DNA of 64,000 bases from an uncultured Gammaproteobacteria bacterium (GCA_964360785.1 CAYHXX010000001.1:412264-476263); one strand, 5' to 3'; shown: positions 37,743 through 47,651, counted from the first letter of the stretch. The notes: a model not told the origin generated them from the sequence alone. Program-made: numbers and translations.

Positions 37743-38681
37743 TTACTTCACTACAACAACTATTTTTCCTTTTGGATGTTGGGTCTCAAAATACTCAAAG
37801 GCGGTTTTTGTTTCTACAAATGGCAAGGTTTTTTCGATTTGCACTTTCACTTTTCCACTGTCTACTAGTTCGGCAAGTTCTTTGAGTTGTTCGGTACTAA
37901 CAGTTGTCATCTGACTAATTGCTGTAACTTCGTGCTGTTTGGCCAACTCTTGGTCAGGCTGACCTGCCATTGAAACTAACTTTCCGTCTTTTTTCAAAAT
38001 AGAGAAGAGTTTATTTAGCCCTTCACCACCAGCTGTATCAAAAACCCCATCGTAATCTTTCAAAGCTTTTGTTACATCTTGTGTTTTATAGTCTAAAACT
38101 TCATCGGCTCCAAGATTTTTTGCAAAGTCTATCTCACTGCCTGCAACAGTAGTTGCAACGTAAGCACCTTTCAGTTTTGCAATTTGGATTGCCAGCGAGC
38201 CAACCCCACCAGCTCCTCCTTGAATGAGAATCTTTTGACCAGATTGAACATTCAGTTCTTCGAAAACTCCTTGCAAGGCACTTGCTCCTGCTAATGGAAG
38301 CGCTGCCGCTTGACTAAAATCAAGAGATTTTGGTTTGTGAGCTGTATTTGCACTATTTGCTGATACAAACTCTGCCAAAGCTCCGGAACCACCTTTAAAA
38401 GTTCCAGCGTTACCGTATACCTCATCACCTACTTTAAACTTAGAAACACCATCTCCTAGTTCAGTAACAACTCCAGCAAAATCCCCACCTAAAGTTAATG
38501 GCATTTGAACTGGCATCATTTTTTTTAAATACCCCTTTCGAAAAGCTGAATCAATTCTGTTAAGACTGGCTGCGTGCACCTCAACCAAAATTTGCCCGGC
38601 TTTCAGTGTGGGTTTCTTAGCTTCACTATTAAATTCAATTGCTTCTACCCCACCATAATTAGCTATCTGTACTGCTTTCAT
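37743..38681 (-). CDS. NADP-dependent oxidoreductase (quinone oxidoreductase/MDR)
   Basis: VHAASLN, GGDFAG, GGAGGVGS, GKIVV. Confidence 0.92.
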   Translation of the reverse strand: MKAVQIANYGGVEAIEFNSEAKKPTLKAGQILVEVHAASLNRIDSAFRKGYLKKMMPVQMPLTLGGDFAGVVTELGDGVSKFKVGDEVYGNAGTFKGGSGALAEFVSANSANTAHKPKSLDFSQAAALPLAGASALQGVFEELNVQSGQKILIQGGAGGVGSLAIQIAKLKGAYVATTVAGSEIDFAKNLGADEVLDYKTQDVTKALKDYDGVFDTAGGEGLNKLFSILKKDGKLVSMAGQPDQELAKQHEVTAISQMTTVSTEQLKELAELVDSGKVKVQIEKTLPFVETKTAFEYFETQHPKGKIVVVVK

Positions 38682-38775
38682 AAAACACCTCTCTTGTTAT
38701 CTATTAAACTAAGTTTTAGAATATACTTATTACTTCATTAAGTAAAGTAGTTACCAAAAGGAAAGTAATAGAATT

Positions 38776-39093
38776 ATGGATGGTACTAAGGATCTACACA
38801 CAAATTGTGGGATGAATAAAACATTAAAAATAATTGGTCGTAAATGGACAGTATTAATTATCCACAATCTTTTGGAAGGTACTAAAAGATTTGGTGAAAT
38901 CCAACATTCGCTACCTGGTATTAGCCCAAAGACCCTAACGCAACGATTAGTGGAGCTAGAAAAAGAAGGAATACTAAAAAAGAAAGTGTTCGCCGAGATT
39001 CCTTTACACGTTGAATATACCTTAACTACCAAGGGATTATCGCTAAATGAGGTTTTTGGAAAAATGATTGAGTGGGGAGAAAAACCTATTTAA
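38776..39093 (+). CDS. HxlR family transcriptional regulator
   Basis: IGRKWT.LI..L..G.KRF.E...GIS.K.L..RL.ELE; VEY.LT..G; divergent from the oxidoreductase. Confidence 0.92.
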   Translation: MDGTKDLHTNCGMNKTLKIIGRKWTVLIIHNLLEGTKRFGEIQHSLPGISPKTLTQRLVELEKEGILKKKVFAEIPLHVEYTLTTKGLSLNEVFGKMIEWGEKPI

Positions 39094-39229
39094 ATTCTCT
39101 AACTATATCTATGATCATTCAGTCGGAACCAAAGGTTCATGATAACTACTAACTATCAGCAGCCCGATCAAACAAGACCGAATAGCTGTTAAAATAGAGT
39201 AAAATAAAAATGGAGGAAAAGAATAAGCT

Positions 39230-39655
39230 ATGACAAACAACAAAAAGGTCAAAGGATTCTCGAACGAGGAACGGGCTGCGATGAGGGAGCGTGCCCAAGA
39301 GCTTAAGACGGAAGCGCAGAAGGCGGATGGGGAGATGGCCGTGCTTGCTGCGATTGCTGCGATGTCAGAACCGGATCGCACCATTGCCAAACGGCTTCAC
39401 ACACTCATTAAAGAAAGCGCACCAACGCTCACGAGCAAAACTTGGTATGGATTTCCTGCATATGCTAAGGATGACAAGGTAATCTGCTTCTTCCAATATG
39501 CGGGAAAGTTCAAAACGAGGTACGCGACTTTTGGCTTCAGTGACACTGCCAAACTTGACGAAGGGAACATGTGGCCTGTCGCTTTCGCGCTGACAAAGTT
39601 GACAGACAGTGAAGAGGCGAAGATCGCTGCGTTCGTGAAGAAAGCCGTGAACTGA
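39230..39655 (+). CDS. DUF1801/YdhG-like protein
   Basis: [27 protein letters not shown]; GGAGG SD; higher GC. Confidence 0.85.
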   Translation: MTNNKKVKGFSNEERAAMRERAQELKTEAQKADGEMAVLAAIAAMSEPDRTIAKRLHTLIKESAPTLTSKTWYGFPAYAKDDKVICFFQYAGKFKTRYATFGFSDTAKLDEGNMWPVAFALTKLTDSEEAKIAAFVKKAVN

Positions 39656-39688
39656 TGTCAATAATTTGATAATATTTATTCAGAGGAG

Positions 39689-39913
39689 GTGGTTAATTTG
39701 TCAGACGAAAAAACTTTTTTCAAATTCCAACACGCGGAAAAAGTAGTGAACAATGGTGGCTCAGGAGCTATTTATGGACTGGGTATTATTGGGGCATTTA
39801 TATACTTTATGCAACAAGCAGATGGGTTTTGGGCCGTTGTTTGGGGGATTATACAAGCAATTTTTTGGCCAGCCGTTCTTGTATACGAAGCCCTGAAACT
39901 TCTAAACTTGTAA
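39689..39913 (+). CDS. Small hypothetical membrane protein
   Basis: GAIYGLG.IGA.IYF...FW...QAIFWPA.LVY. Confidence 0.7.
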   Translation: MVNLSDEKTFFKFQHAEKVVNNGGSGAIYGLGIIGAFIYFMQQADGFWAVVWGIIQAIFWPAVLVYEALKLLNL

Positions 39914-39987
39914 AGTTGTGCTTCTCAAGTTACCCAACAAAGGCTGTCAAAAACACTTTAGCCATCGTGGAAAAATACTTTTCTCAT

Positions 39988-40413
39988 TTATCCCTTCCCT
40001 TCTTTAAAAGTTGGGATATCTTTCCATAATTGGCTCTTATCATGTGGGTTTCCAGAATTATAATTAACTATAATCTCCTCATCTTTCTTTATATCTTTAA
40101 TCGCTTTAAACTCAAGTGTTTTATCTTTTGAAATTTTTCTATAGGTAGCGTTTGGTTCGTATGAATGATTGTAAACGGAACCAAAACCCAAAACTATGGC
40201 GAGCAGGTTTCTGTCATCATCAAAAGAAAAATAATAAGTAGCTAGAATACTTTCCTGCAATACAAATACATCATCAACTGGAATTTCAATCATAGGACAG
40301 ATTTCGATAATCTCATCTTTATCGATATCTTGAGAAGCAAAGACTCCTCGCCCCGCGTTTTTTATTTTGGATTTCGCTAAATATATTTTCTTAGACGGAT
40401 AGATGGTTTTCAT
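39988..40413 (-). CDS. SET-domain protein (lysine methyltransferase-like)
   Basis: GRGVFA, NHSYEPN, A.KDI...EEI.VNY; start set at MKTIYP. Confidence 0.88.
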   Translation of the reverse strand: MKTIYPSKKIYLAKSKIKNAGRGVFASQDIDKDEIIEICPMIEIPVDDVFVLQESILATYYFSFDDDRNLLAIVLGFGSVYNHSYEPNATYRKISKDKTLEFKAIKDIKKDEEIIVNYNSGNPHDKSQLWKDIPTFKEGKG

Positions 40414-40457
40414 AGCTGTCGGTTTAGCACTTTTATAAATAGGTTGGGAGCCTAGGA

Positions 40458-40868
40458 CTAGATCGGCTCCCGGATCTTTCTCGCTGAGATTTCTTCCAAA
40501 ATCCAAGTAGCAGGGTATGAAGTTTTGATCATGTCTTCCCGGCACCAACAGTAGAGAAACCAAGAAGCTACTGATACTCCGATAACAACCAGAGGCACTC
40601 CCACTTGTGGGTAACCTCCGAAGGCAAGACCTAGACCCGGGGCAAGCACAGCCATTGCCTCAAGAAAACGGCGGATCGAAGAGTCACACAGAGCAATTCC
40701 AATCACTACAAATGTAACGGCTAAACCTACAGTTACCTGCCACAAAGTCCTGCGAGTTAACAGGACAATCCGGACCAAGATCGGTGTTGTCAGCGGTTGT
40801 GAAGATGGCGTTCGTCCATATCTTCTCTCCCACCTTAGCCCCGAGCCCGGTTTACATGAAGTTTTCAC
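40458..40868 (-). CDS. Hypothetical membrane protein (GTG start)
   Basis: GGAGGTG SD, TGcTAGAAT promoter, 2-3 TM; about 50% GC. Confidence 0.55.
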   Translation of the reverse strand: MKTSCKPGSGLRWERRYGRTPSSQPLTTPILVRIVLLTRRTLWQVTVGLAVTFVVIGIALCDSSIRRFLEAMAVLAPGLGLAFGGYPQVGVPLVVIGVSVASWFLYCWCREDMIKTSYPATWILEEISARKIREPI

Positions 40869-40945
40869 ACTTACACCTCCAAAACGATCTCGCGCTACCT
40901 GCCCTCAACCACACCATTCTAGCACTTTAGTGGTAGAATCTGAAT

Positions 40946-41497
40946 ATGAAAATACCAAAAGAAGCAAAAAGAGTTTTTGAGGGAATTATTTTTGATGTTT
41001 ACCATTGGGAACAGAAAATGTTTGATAGTAGCACGGCAACTTTCGAAGCCCTGAAAAGACCTGACACCGTTCAGATAATTCCTGTCCAAGACGAGAAGAT
41101 TTTACTTGCCTATGAAGCACAGCCAAACCGAGAAGCAACTTACACTTTTTTCGGTGGTCGAGTTGAAAAGGGTGAAGACCAGATAACCGCTGCAAAGCGA
41201 GAGCTACTTGAAGAAACTGGTCTCGAATCAAACGATTGGGAACTCTACAAAATCTATGACATCGAATCAAAGATTGAGTGGGAGGTCTATTTATATTTCG
41301 CACGAAACTGTAAGAAAGTAGCCGAACCACATCTTGATGCTGGCGAAAAGATAGAAGTGAAAGCAGTAAATTTTGAAGCATTTCTCAAAATTACCGCTGA
41401 CGAGAAGTTTTGGGGAACTGAAATCGCCATTGATATTTTCCGAATGAAAGAAGATACGGAAAAATTGGGAGAATTTAGGAATAAGTTGCTGGGCTAA
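40946..41497 (+). CDS. NUDIX hydrolase (ADP-ribose pyrophosphatase-like)
   Basis: GGRVEKGE....AAKRELLEETG; LDAGE.I. Confidence 0.9.
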   Translation: MKIPKEAKRVFEGIIFDVYHWEQKMFDSSTATFEALKRPDTVQIIPVQDEKILLAYEAQPNREATYTFFGGRVEKGEDQITAAKRELLEETGLESNDWELYKIYDIESKIEWEVYLYFARNCKKVAEPHLDAGEKIEVKAVNFEAFLKITADEKFWGTEIAIDIFRMKEDTEKLGEFRNKLLG

Positions 41498-41521
41498 AGT
41501 CCACTCAACCTCCAGAAACTT

Positions 41522-41875
41522 TTACAAGTTTTCCTTCACTCTAAACTCCACGATCTTGGTGACCAGCTCTAAGGGTAAGGGTTGATCTAGAGGAAATTGG
41601 ACAGAGCCCTTTCCTTGTTTATACGCAGACAATTCCTTTTTGAAGGCTACAATGCCAGAGGGTACCGGGTAAAATCCAATATGACTCTTGAACGCTGCAA
41701 AATGTACTAAATTTTTACCGTTTAGTTTAAAGGTGGGCATTTGATAGCTGATCGTTTCTTGTGCTTCGGGCGCCGCTTTTTTGACCGCCTGGCAAAAAGT
41801 CCGCAGCAAATCTTGCACTTCTTTCGGAAAGGTGCTGATATACTGATCTATGGTTTTGAAATCGCTTTTTTTCAT
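41522..41875 (-). CDS. DUF1801/YdhG-like protein
   Basis: IDQYI, ISYQMPTF, HIGFYP, KGSVQFP. Confidence 0.9.
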   Translation of the reverse strand: MKKSDFKTIDQYISTFPKEVQDLLRTFCQAVKKAAPEAQETISYQMPTFKLNGKNLVHFAAFKSHIGFYPVPSGIVAFKKELSAYKQGKGSVQFPLDQPLPLELVTKIVEFRVKENL

Positions 41876-41879
41876 CTAC

Positions 41880-42566
41880 CTAATCTCCCCCGCCAAAATG
41901 CGAACTATTCTCCCCAGATGAATCAGAACCATCTGATTTTTGCTCTGAATCCTTGGGACTACTCCCTTTATTTTCAGACTCCTTATTAATTTGCTCACCT
42001 TTAACATCACCTTCGTTAAGTACTTTTTCAATCTCCTCTTTTGATTTTTCTGAGGCCCCTTCTTGTGCCTTTTTTAAATTGTCCTCTGCTTGCCTGATAC
42101 TATCTTTATTCTCAGACTCAGAGGATTGTTTCTGGTAGTCTTCCAAACTCTTTTTAATTGAGTCGTCATTTTCGTTTTTCTCGATCAAACTTTTTACCTC
42201 TTCACTACGGCGAACGGGAATATCATCTTTAAATTCAGGATTAATCTGCTCAAACACAGTTTCTGACAACCTTTTTACCGGATAAAGCGGCTCGCCGGGA
42301 AGGCTCCCCTGCGAAGCAAAAACAGATGCTCCAGCTAGAGATAAACCTCCAAGCGCTAGACCAAAAGGCCTTATATAACGTCGCCAATCAAAACCGGAAC
42401 GTTTATTAAGCTGACCTAATACTTGATTAACGTTTTTTAGCTTAAGTTCTTGGCTTCTTTCGAACATTGGTTTTTTCAAAGACTGTTCAAAATTTGCCAG
42501 TTCTGCTGCCTCCGACGGTTCGGCTCCAGCAGCGATTAGTTCATTTATTAAATATTTACTGTCCAT
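41880..42566 (-). CDS. Putative anti-sigma factor with DUF5667-like domain
   Basis: Coupled to ECF sigma; one TM, then SLPGEPLYPVKR..E. Confidence 0.75.
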   Translation of the reverse strand: MDSKYLINELIAAGAEPSEAAELANFEQSLKKPMFERSQELKLKNVNQVLGQLNKRSGFDWRRYIRPFGLALGGLSLAGASVFASQGSLPGEPLYPVKRLSETVFEQINPEFKDDIPVRRSEEVKSLIEKNENDDSIKKSLEDYQKQSSESENKDSIRQAEDNLKKAQEGASEKSKEEIEKVLNEGDVKGEQINKESENKGSSPKDSEQKSDGSDSSGENSSHFGGGD

Positions 42567-43035
42567 TTAATTCCTCTTTTAATTTTTTTAACCCTCTAAA
42601 CTGTAGTATTCGAACATTACCTTCACTTATCCCCAGAATAGCACCAACCTCAGCAGCACTTAAGTCCTCAAAAAACCTGAGGATAACTACTTCTCGCAAA
42701 TTCTCCGGAAGTTTGACCAAAGCTTGCTGCAAACTTTGAGCGGCTTCATCCTTTTCCAGATTCTCAACCAAATCTTGATCGACACTTATTTCTTCTGCCA
42801 GTTCAAGCGAACTTGTCTTCTTCGCGCGGTAAAAATCAATCAGTAAATTACGTGCAATCCGGAAAAGCCAAGCTTGCGGATAGCCTTCTTTGAACCCTTT
42901 CCATTTTTTGAAAGCCTTAAAAAACACTTCGCTTGTCAAATCCTCAGCTCTAGGAACATCTTTAAGGTGCCAGTAAAGGAATCGGAAGATCTTATCAGAA
43001 TATTTAAGGTAAATTTCGGTAAACTCGTCAACCAT
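42556..43035 (-). CDS. ECF RNA polymerase sigma factor
   Basis: AEDLTSEVF, WLFRIARN..ID..R, region 4 REVVILRF..S..EV...LG.S..NV. Confidence 0.93.
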   Translation of the reverse strand: MVDEFTEIYLKYSDKIFRFLYWHLKDVPRAEDLTSEVFFKAFKKWKGFKEGYPQAWLFRIARNLLIDFYRAKKTSSLELAEEISVDQDLVENLEKDEAAQSLQQALVKLPENLREVVILRFFEDLSAAEVGAILGISEGNVRILQFRGLKKLKEELNGQ

Positions 43036-43066
43036 AGAATCTTCATTCTACCATCCCTCTAAAATA

Positions 43067-43094
43067 TGTAACGTATCACTTAGCTTTTCGTTAT
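43067..43094 (+). promoter_or_regulatory. ECF-type promoter
   Basis: TGTAAC-N16-CGTTAT (AAC/CGT consensus). Confidence 0.65.
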
Positions 43095-43152
43095 ACATGT
43101 ACAGAGGGCAATATTAGCCCCTCTTTATTAACCTAAAGGAGTTTTTCGAAAA

Positions 43153-43596
43153 ATGAGAAAATTATTTTTGGTTCTTCCGACCCTTTTATTATTAGCTACT
43201 CCGGTTGCTGTTCTTGCTGAAAAGGACAGTCATGAAAATCATGGCTCTGAAGTTTCAGTGGTTGCAAAAGAAAATGATGACGACCACGGTTCAAAGGTTT
43301 CCCTTGTTGCCAAAGATAATCATGGAACAAACTTAGGAAACAGGGAAAATGATGAGGATGAAGGTAATGAGATTGAAAGAGAAGATCATCACAAGAATGC
43401 AACCATTTCTGCAAATGCACACGGAAACCAACAGCTAAAAATTAAAATAAAAATTAAAGGTGACAATAGCTTAGGATCGGCAGTGTCTGCTACTCACTCG
43501 GCTACTCCAAGTGCTTCTCTCAAGATTAGTGGTCCGCTCGACCAGGTAATTGACGTACTCAACAAAGTATTAGATTTCCTCAAAAGTTTGGTCTAA
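43153..43596 (+). CDS. Secreted His/acidic low-complexity protein
   Basis: Signal peptide, AAAGGAG SD, repeats HGSEVSVVAK / HGSKVSLVAK. Confidence 0.75.
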   Translation: MRKLFLVLPTLLLLATPVAVLAEKDSHENHGSEVSVVAKENDDDHGSKVSLVAKDNHGTNLGNRENDEDEGNEIEREDHHKNATISANAHGNQQLKIKIKIKGDNSLGSAVSATHSATPSASLKISGPLDQVIDVLNKVLDFLKSLV

Positions 43597-43606
43597 ACCA
43601 AAGAGC

Positions 43607-43636
43607 GAAGGGGGCAGTCTGCGGATTGCCCTTTTC
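43607..43636 (+). terminator. Intrinsic terminator
   Basis: GGGGCAGTC-tgcg-GATTGCCCT-TTT. Confidence 0.7.
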
Positions 43637-43752
43637 TGCTTGACCCTCTATCTCTCCTCCCAGTTAAAATTTATCTCCAAGTCTATTGTTATTCAGGCTA
43701 AATTAAGTTATTCTATAGTCTCGCAACCAAACCTAAATCTGATTAATAAATT

Positions 43753-45159
43753 ATGAGTCCCTTTTCAACAAAAAAAGTTAAGGTCATTGCAACGCTTGGT
43801 CCTGCTTCAGATTCTCGAGAAAAAATTCTTGAGTTAGCTCAAGCTGGAGTTAATGTTTTTCGAATTAACCTGTCCCATGCAGTTAAAGACGAAATTCTTG
43901 ACCGAATCAATAGAGTCCGCCAAGCAGAAAAAATACTAGGCCAACCCCTGGCAGTTATGGGGGACTTAGTCGGACCGAAAATACGTATTGGGACTGTAGC
44001 CCCGGGAATAACGCTCGAGCCGGGTAAAAAGATCAAAATTTTAGCTAAACAAATCTATGGGTCTAGCGACGCAATTTCACTTAACTTCCCAGCAATAATT
44101 AAAAATTTGGAAAAAGGCTATGATATTTATCTTGGTGACGGCGAAATAAAACTCGTAGTAATTGAAAAAACTCCTGAAGGAGTGGTTACTAAAGTAATTG
44201 TTGGCGGAGACTTGCGTGACCGTATGGGTTTTTCCTCTCAAGGTATTTCAATGCGTTTTCCTTTGACTGAGAAAGACGAGAATGATATCAAAATGATGGC
44301 TGATTTGGGAGCTGATGCACTTGCGGTTTCGTTTGTTCAAAGTAGCAAAAACATCGAAGAGGTCAGAAAACTACTCCCGCCAAGAAAACCGTTGATGTTA
44401 ATCGCCAAGATTGAAACCTTGGAAGCAGTTGAAAGGGCCGAGGAAATCCTGGAGGTTTCCGATGGCCTGATGGTCGCCAGAGGCGATCTTGGTTTTTCTG
44501 TTCCCTTAGCCGAACTTCCCCACATCCAAAAGAGTTTGATTAACCTTTGTTTAAGAAAATCCAAACCGGTAATTACAGCCACTCAAATGCTCGAATCAAT
44601 GATCAACAGTCATATCCCCACCAGAGCTGAGGTAACTGATGTCGCCAATGCAATTCTCGACGGAACTGATGCGGTGATGCTTTCAGCTGAAACGGCGATT
44701 GGAAAGTTTCCGATTGAAACAGTCAACATGATGGTAAAAATTATCAAGGAAGCAGAAACTAAGATTCCTAAAAAGGATTTTACTGATTCTGATATTATTG
44801 CTGATGCTGTTAGTACCTCTGCTGTTGATATTGCCGATCGAACCAATTCGCAATTAATTATTGTCTTTTCCCAAAGCGGTCACACTGCCCGCTTGATTTC
44901 CCGCCATCGTCCAAACCAGTTGATTATTACCTGTTCTCCCGAACCTGCGACTATTCGCAATTTAAATTTTACCTGGGGTGTTTACTCGCATCTGATTAAA
45001 CCAACCAAAAATTTTGATGGGCTTCTTTTGGATGCTAGGAATATTGCCAAAAATAATAACTTTCTAACTATCAAGAAAAAAGAAAATTTTGTAATTTGCG
45101 CCGGCGCTCCCTTTGGACGCAGCGGGACTACAAATTTGGTTTGGGTGAATAAGGTCTAG
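43753..45159 (+). CDS. pyk: Pyruvate kinase
   Basis: ATLGPAS, RINLSH, GPKIR, IAKIE, MVARGDLG, ATQMLESM. Confidence 0.96.
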   Translation: MSPFSTKKVKVIATLGPASDSREKILELAQAGVNVFRINLSHAVKDEILDRINRVRQAEKILGQPLAVMGDLVGPKIRIGTVAPGITLEPGKKIKILAKQIYGSSDAISLNFPAIIKNLEKGYDIYLGDGEIKLVVIEKTPEGVVTKVIVGGDLRDRMGFSSQGISMRFPLTEKDENDIKMMADLGADALAVSFVQSSKNIEEVRKLLPPRKPLMLIAKIETLEAVERAEEILEVSDGLMVARGDLGFSVPLAELPHIQKSLINLCLRKSKPVITATQMLESMINSHIPTRAEVTDVANAILDGTDAVMLSAETAIGKFPIETVNMMVKIIKEAETKIPKKDFTDSDIIADAVSTSAVDIADRTNSQLIIVFSQSGHTARLISRHRPNQLIITCSPEPATIRNLNFTWGVYSHLIKPTKNFDGLLLDARNIAKNNNFLTIKKKENFVICAGAPFGRSGTTNLVWVNKV

Positions 45160-45212
45160 GTCTTGCAGAGTATATCTGCTACTATAAAGGTTGAAATCTA
45201 ACCTCCGCAAAA

Positions 45213-47600
45213 ATGACAAACATTATTTGGTTTAAAGACCTCACAATTGCTGACGTCCCAAATGTCGGCGGGAAAAACGCTTCACTAGGGGAAATGTATT
45301 CAAATTTAGTTAAAGAGGGGGTGAGTATCCCCAATGGCTTCGCCCTCACTGCCCAAGCTTACCAAAAATTCCTGGATGTAAATGGTTTGGAATATAAAAT
45401 CAGAGATATACTAAAAACATTAACCACCAAAAATCTCACTAACCTCCAAGACCACGGTCAAAAAATCAGACAACTAATCCGATCTGCAGAAATCCCAAAG
45501 GATATGGGGTCAGAAATTTTTGAGGCTTACCAAACCCTTTCAAAACAATTTGATTCTGAGAATACCGACGTCGCGGTTCGCTCTTCTGCAACAGCAGAGG
45601 ATCTGCCGGGCGCAAGTTTTGCCGGTCAACAAGCTTCTTTTTTAAATGTTGTCGGAAAAGAAAATTTACTTAAAGCAGTCAAGGAGTGTTTCGCTTCTCT
45701 TTTCACTGACCGAGCGATATCTTATCGTGAAGATCAAGGCTTTGATCATCTAAAAACTTATCTATCGGTTGGAATACAGAAAATGGTCCGTTCTGACAAA
45801 GCTAGTTCGGGCGTCATGTTTACACTGGACCCCAACACCGGTTTTGAAGGTGTTGTTGTACTAACTAGTACTTGGGGACTAGGTGAACTCATTGTCCAAG
45901 GCGAAGTTACTCCTGATGAGTTTCAAATATTTAAAGCTGGTTTAAAAAAAGGTCTTCCGGCAATCATCTCAAAAGTATTAGGTAGCAAAGAAAAAACGCT
46001 AATTTATGGTGAGGGTAGCAAAGCAACAAAATTAATACCAACCACACTGGAAAAACAGCATAGTTTTACTCTTACCGATGAGGAAATCTTAACTTTATCT
46101 AGATGGGGTGTAATTATCGAAGATCACTACCAAAAACCCATGGATATTGAATGGGCCAAGGACGGTGTTTCGGGAGAGCTTTTCATTGTCCAAGCCAGAC
46201 CAGAAACAATCCACGGTACTAAAAAGGTGAAGGAAATAAAGCATTACAAAATGAAAAAAACCACCGAACTAATCACGAAGGGTGCGGCTGTGGGAACAAA
46301 GATTGGCGAAGGAAAGGCCAGGATAATTGATGACCCTAGTGGGATCAAGACTTTTGAGGAAGGTGAGGTTTTGGTTACCAGAATGACCGATCCGGACTGG
46401 GAACCAATTATGAAAATCGCTTCGGCAATCGTTACCGATGAAGGTGGACGAACTTCACATGCCGCGATTGTCTCACGGGAACTCGGAATACCAGCAATTG
46501 TAGGAACAGGAAACGCGACTGAAAAGATTTCCAAAGGAGAATTGGTAACAGTTGATTGTTCCAGCGGCACTGATGGTTTTGTCTGGAAAGGAAAAACCGA
46601 CTGGGAAATTGAAACCTTTTCGTTTGAACACTTGGAAAAACCAAAAACTCACATTATGGTCAATATCGGCAGTCCTAACGAAGCCTACGAAGCTTCCTTT
46701 TTACCCAACGACGGAGTTGGTCTTGCCCGGGAAGAATTTATTATCGCTTCCCATATCAAAATCCACCCGCAAGCTCTGATCAATTTCGAGAAATTGGAAG
46801 ATGAAGCACTGAAAAATAAAATTGATAAACTAACCCGCGGTTACAAGGACAAGATTGATTTTTATACCCAAAAACTGGCCTCGGGAATTGCGCAAATTGG
46901 AGCCGCGTTCTACCCCAATCCAGTTATTGTCCGTTTTAGTGATTTCAAAACCAACGAATATGCCACCCTTCTTGGAGGCAAAGCATTTGAGCCAAAGGAA
47001 GAAAATCCAATGATTGGCTGGCGTGGTTCATCCCGCTACTATGATGATCGTTTTTCGCAGGCTTTTGGATTAGAATGCGCCGCCATAAAAATAGTTCGGG
47101 AAGAGTGGGGTGTTGAAAACGTAATTGTCATGGTTCCCTTCTGCCGAACCCCACAAGAAGGTGAACAAGTTTTAGAAACCATGAAAAAATACGGCCTTGA
47201 AAAAGGTCAAGCTGGTTTGAAAGTTTATATGATGGTCGAAATTCCCAGCAATGTCATCCAGGCCGAAGAATTTATCAAACTCTTTGATGGTTTTAGCATT
47301 GGCTCAAACGACCTGACCCAACTTACCTTAGGAATTGATCGGGACAATGCAGGGCTTTCCCACATCGCTAATGAGCGCAATGACTCGGTTAAAACTTTAA
47401 TTAGCCAGGTTATTAAAGTTGCCAAAGCACACCAAAAGTATATCGGGATTTGTGGACAAGCACCGAGTGACTATGAAGATTTTGCCCAATTTTTGGTCGA
47501 ACAAGGAATAAGTAGCATTTCACTAAACCCAGATACAGTTATAAAGACAACACTGGCAATACTTGATAAGGAAAAGAAACTAAAGCAATCTAGCAGTTAA
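45213..47600 (+). CDS. ppsA: Phosphoenolpyruvate synthase
   Basis: VGGKNASLGEM, AVRSSATAED, QARPET, TSHAAIVSRE, SIGSNDLTQ. Confidence 0.96.
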   Translation: MTNIIWFKDLTIADVPNVGGKNASLGEMYSNLVKEGVSIPNGFALTAQAYQKFLDVNGLEYKIRDILKTLTTKNLTNLQDHGQKIRQLIRSAEIPKDMGSEIFEAYQTLSKQFDSENTDVAVRSSATAEDLPGASFAGQQASFLNVVGKENLLKAVKECFASLFTDRAISYREDQGFDHLKTYLSVGIQKMVRSDKASSGVMFTLDPNTGFEGVVVLTSTWGLGELIVQGEVTPDEFQIFKAGLKKGLPAIISKVLGSKEKTLIYGEGSKATKLIPTTLEKQHSFTLTDEEILTLSRWGVIIEDHYQKPMDIEWAKDGVSGELFIVQARPETIHGTKKVKEIKHYKMKKTTELITKGAAVGTKIGEGKARIIDDPSGIKTFEEGEVLVTRMTDPDWEPIMKIASAIVTDEGGRTSHAAIVSRELGIPAIVGTGNATEKISKGELVTVDCSSGTDGFVWKGKTDWEIETFSFEHLEKPKTHIMVNIGSPNEAYEASFLPNDGVGLAREEFIIASHIKIHPQALINFEKLEDEALKNKIDKLTRGYKDKIDFYTQKLASGIAQIGAAFYPNPVIVRFSDFKTNEYATLLGGKAFEPKEENPMIGWRGSSRYYDDRFSQAFGLECAAIKIVREEWGVENVIVMVPFCRTPQEGEQVLETMKKYGLEKGQAGLKVYMMVEIPSNVIQAEEFIKLFDGFSIGSNDLTQLTLGIDRDNAGLSHIANERNDSVKTLISQVIKVAKAHQKYIGICGQAPSDYEDFAQFLVEQGISSISLNPDTVIKTTLAILDKEKKLKQSSS

Positions 47601-47651
47601 TATTTTTACCCATTTTTTACTAACCTTTTCGACTGTAATATAATAAAATTA

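Noticed and set aside
37662-37914. ORFs overlapping the tRNA
   Set aside because: Overlap tRNA-Pro and run antisense to the oxidoreductase
37648-42566. tRNA-anchored integrative island
   Set aside because: No integrase and no duplicated tRNA 3' end (att) found by eye
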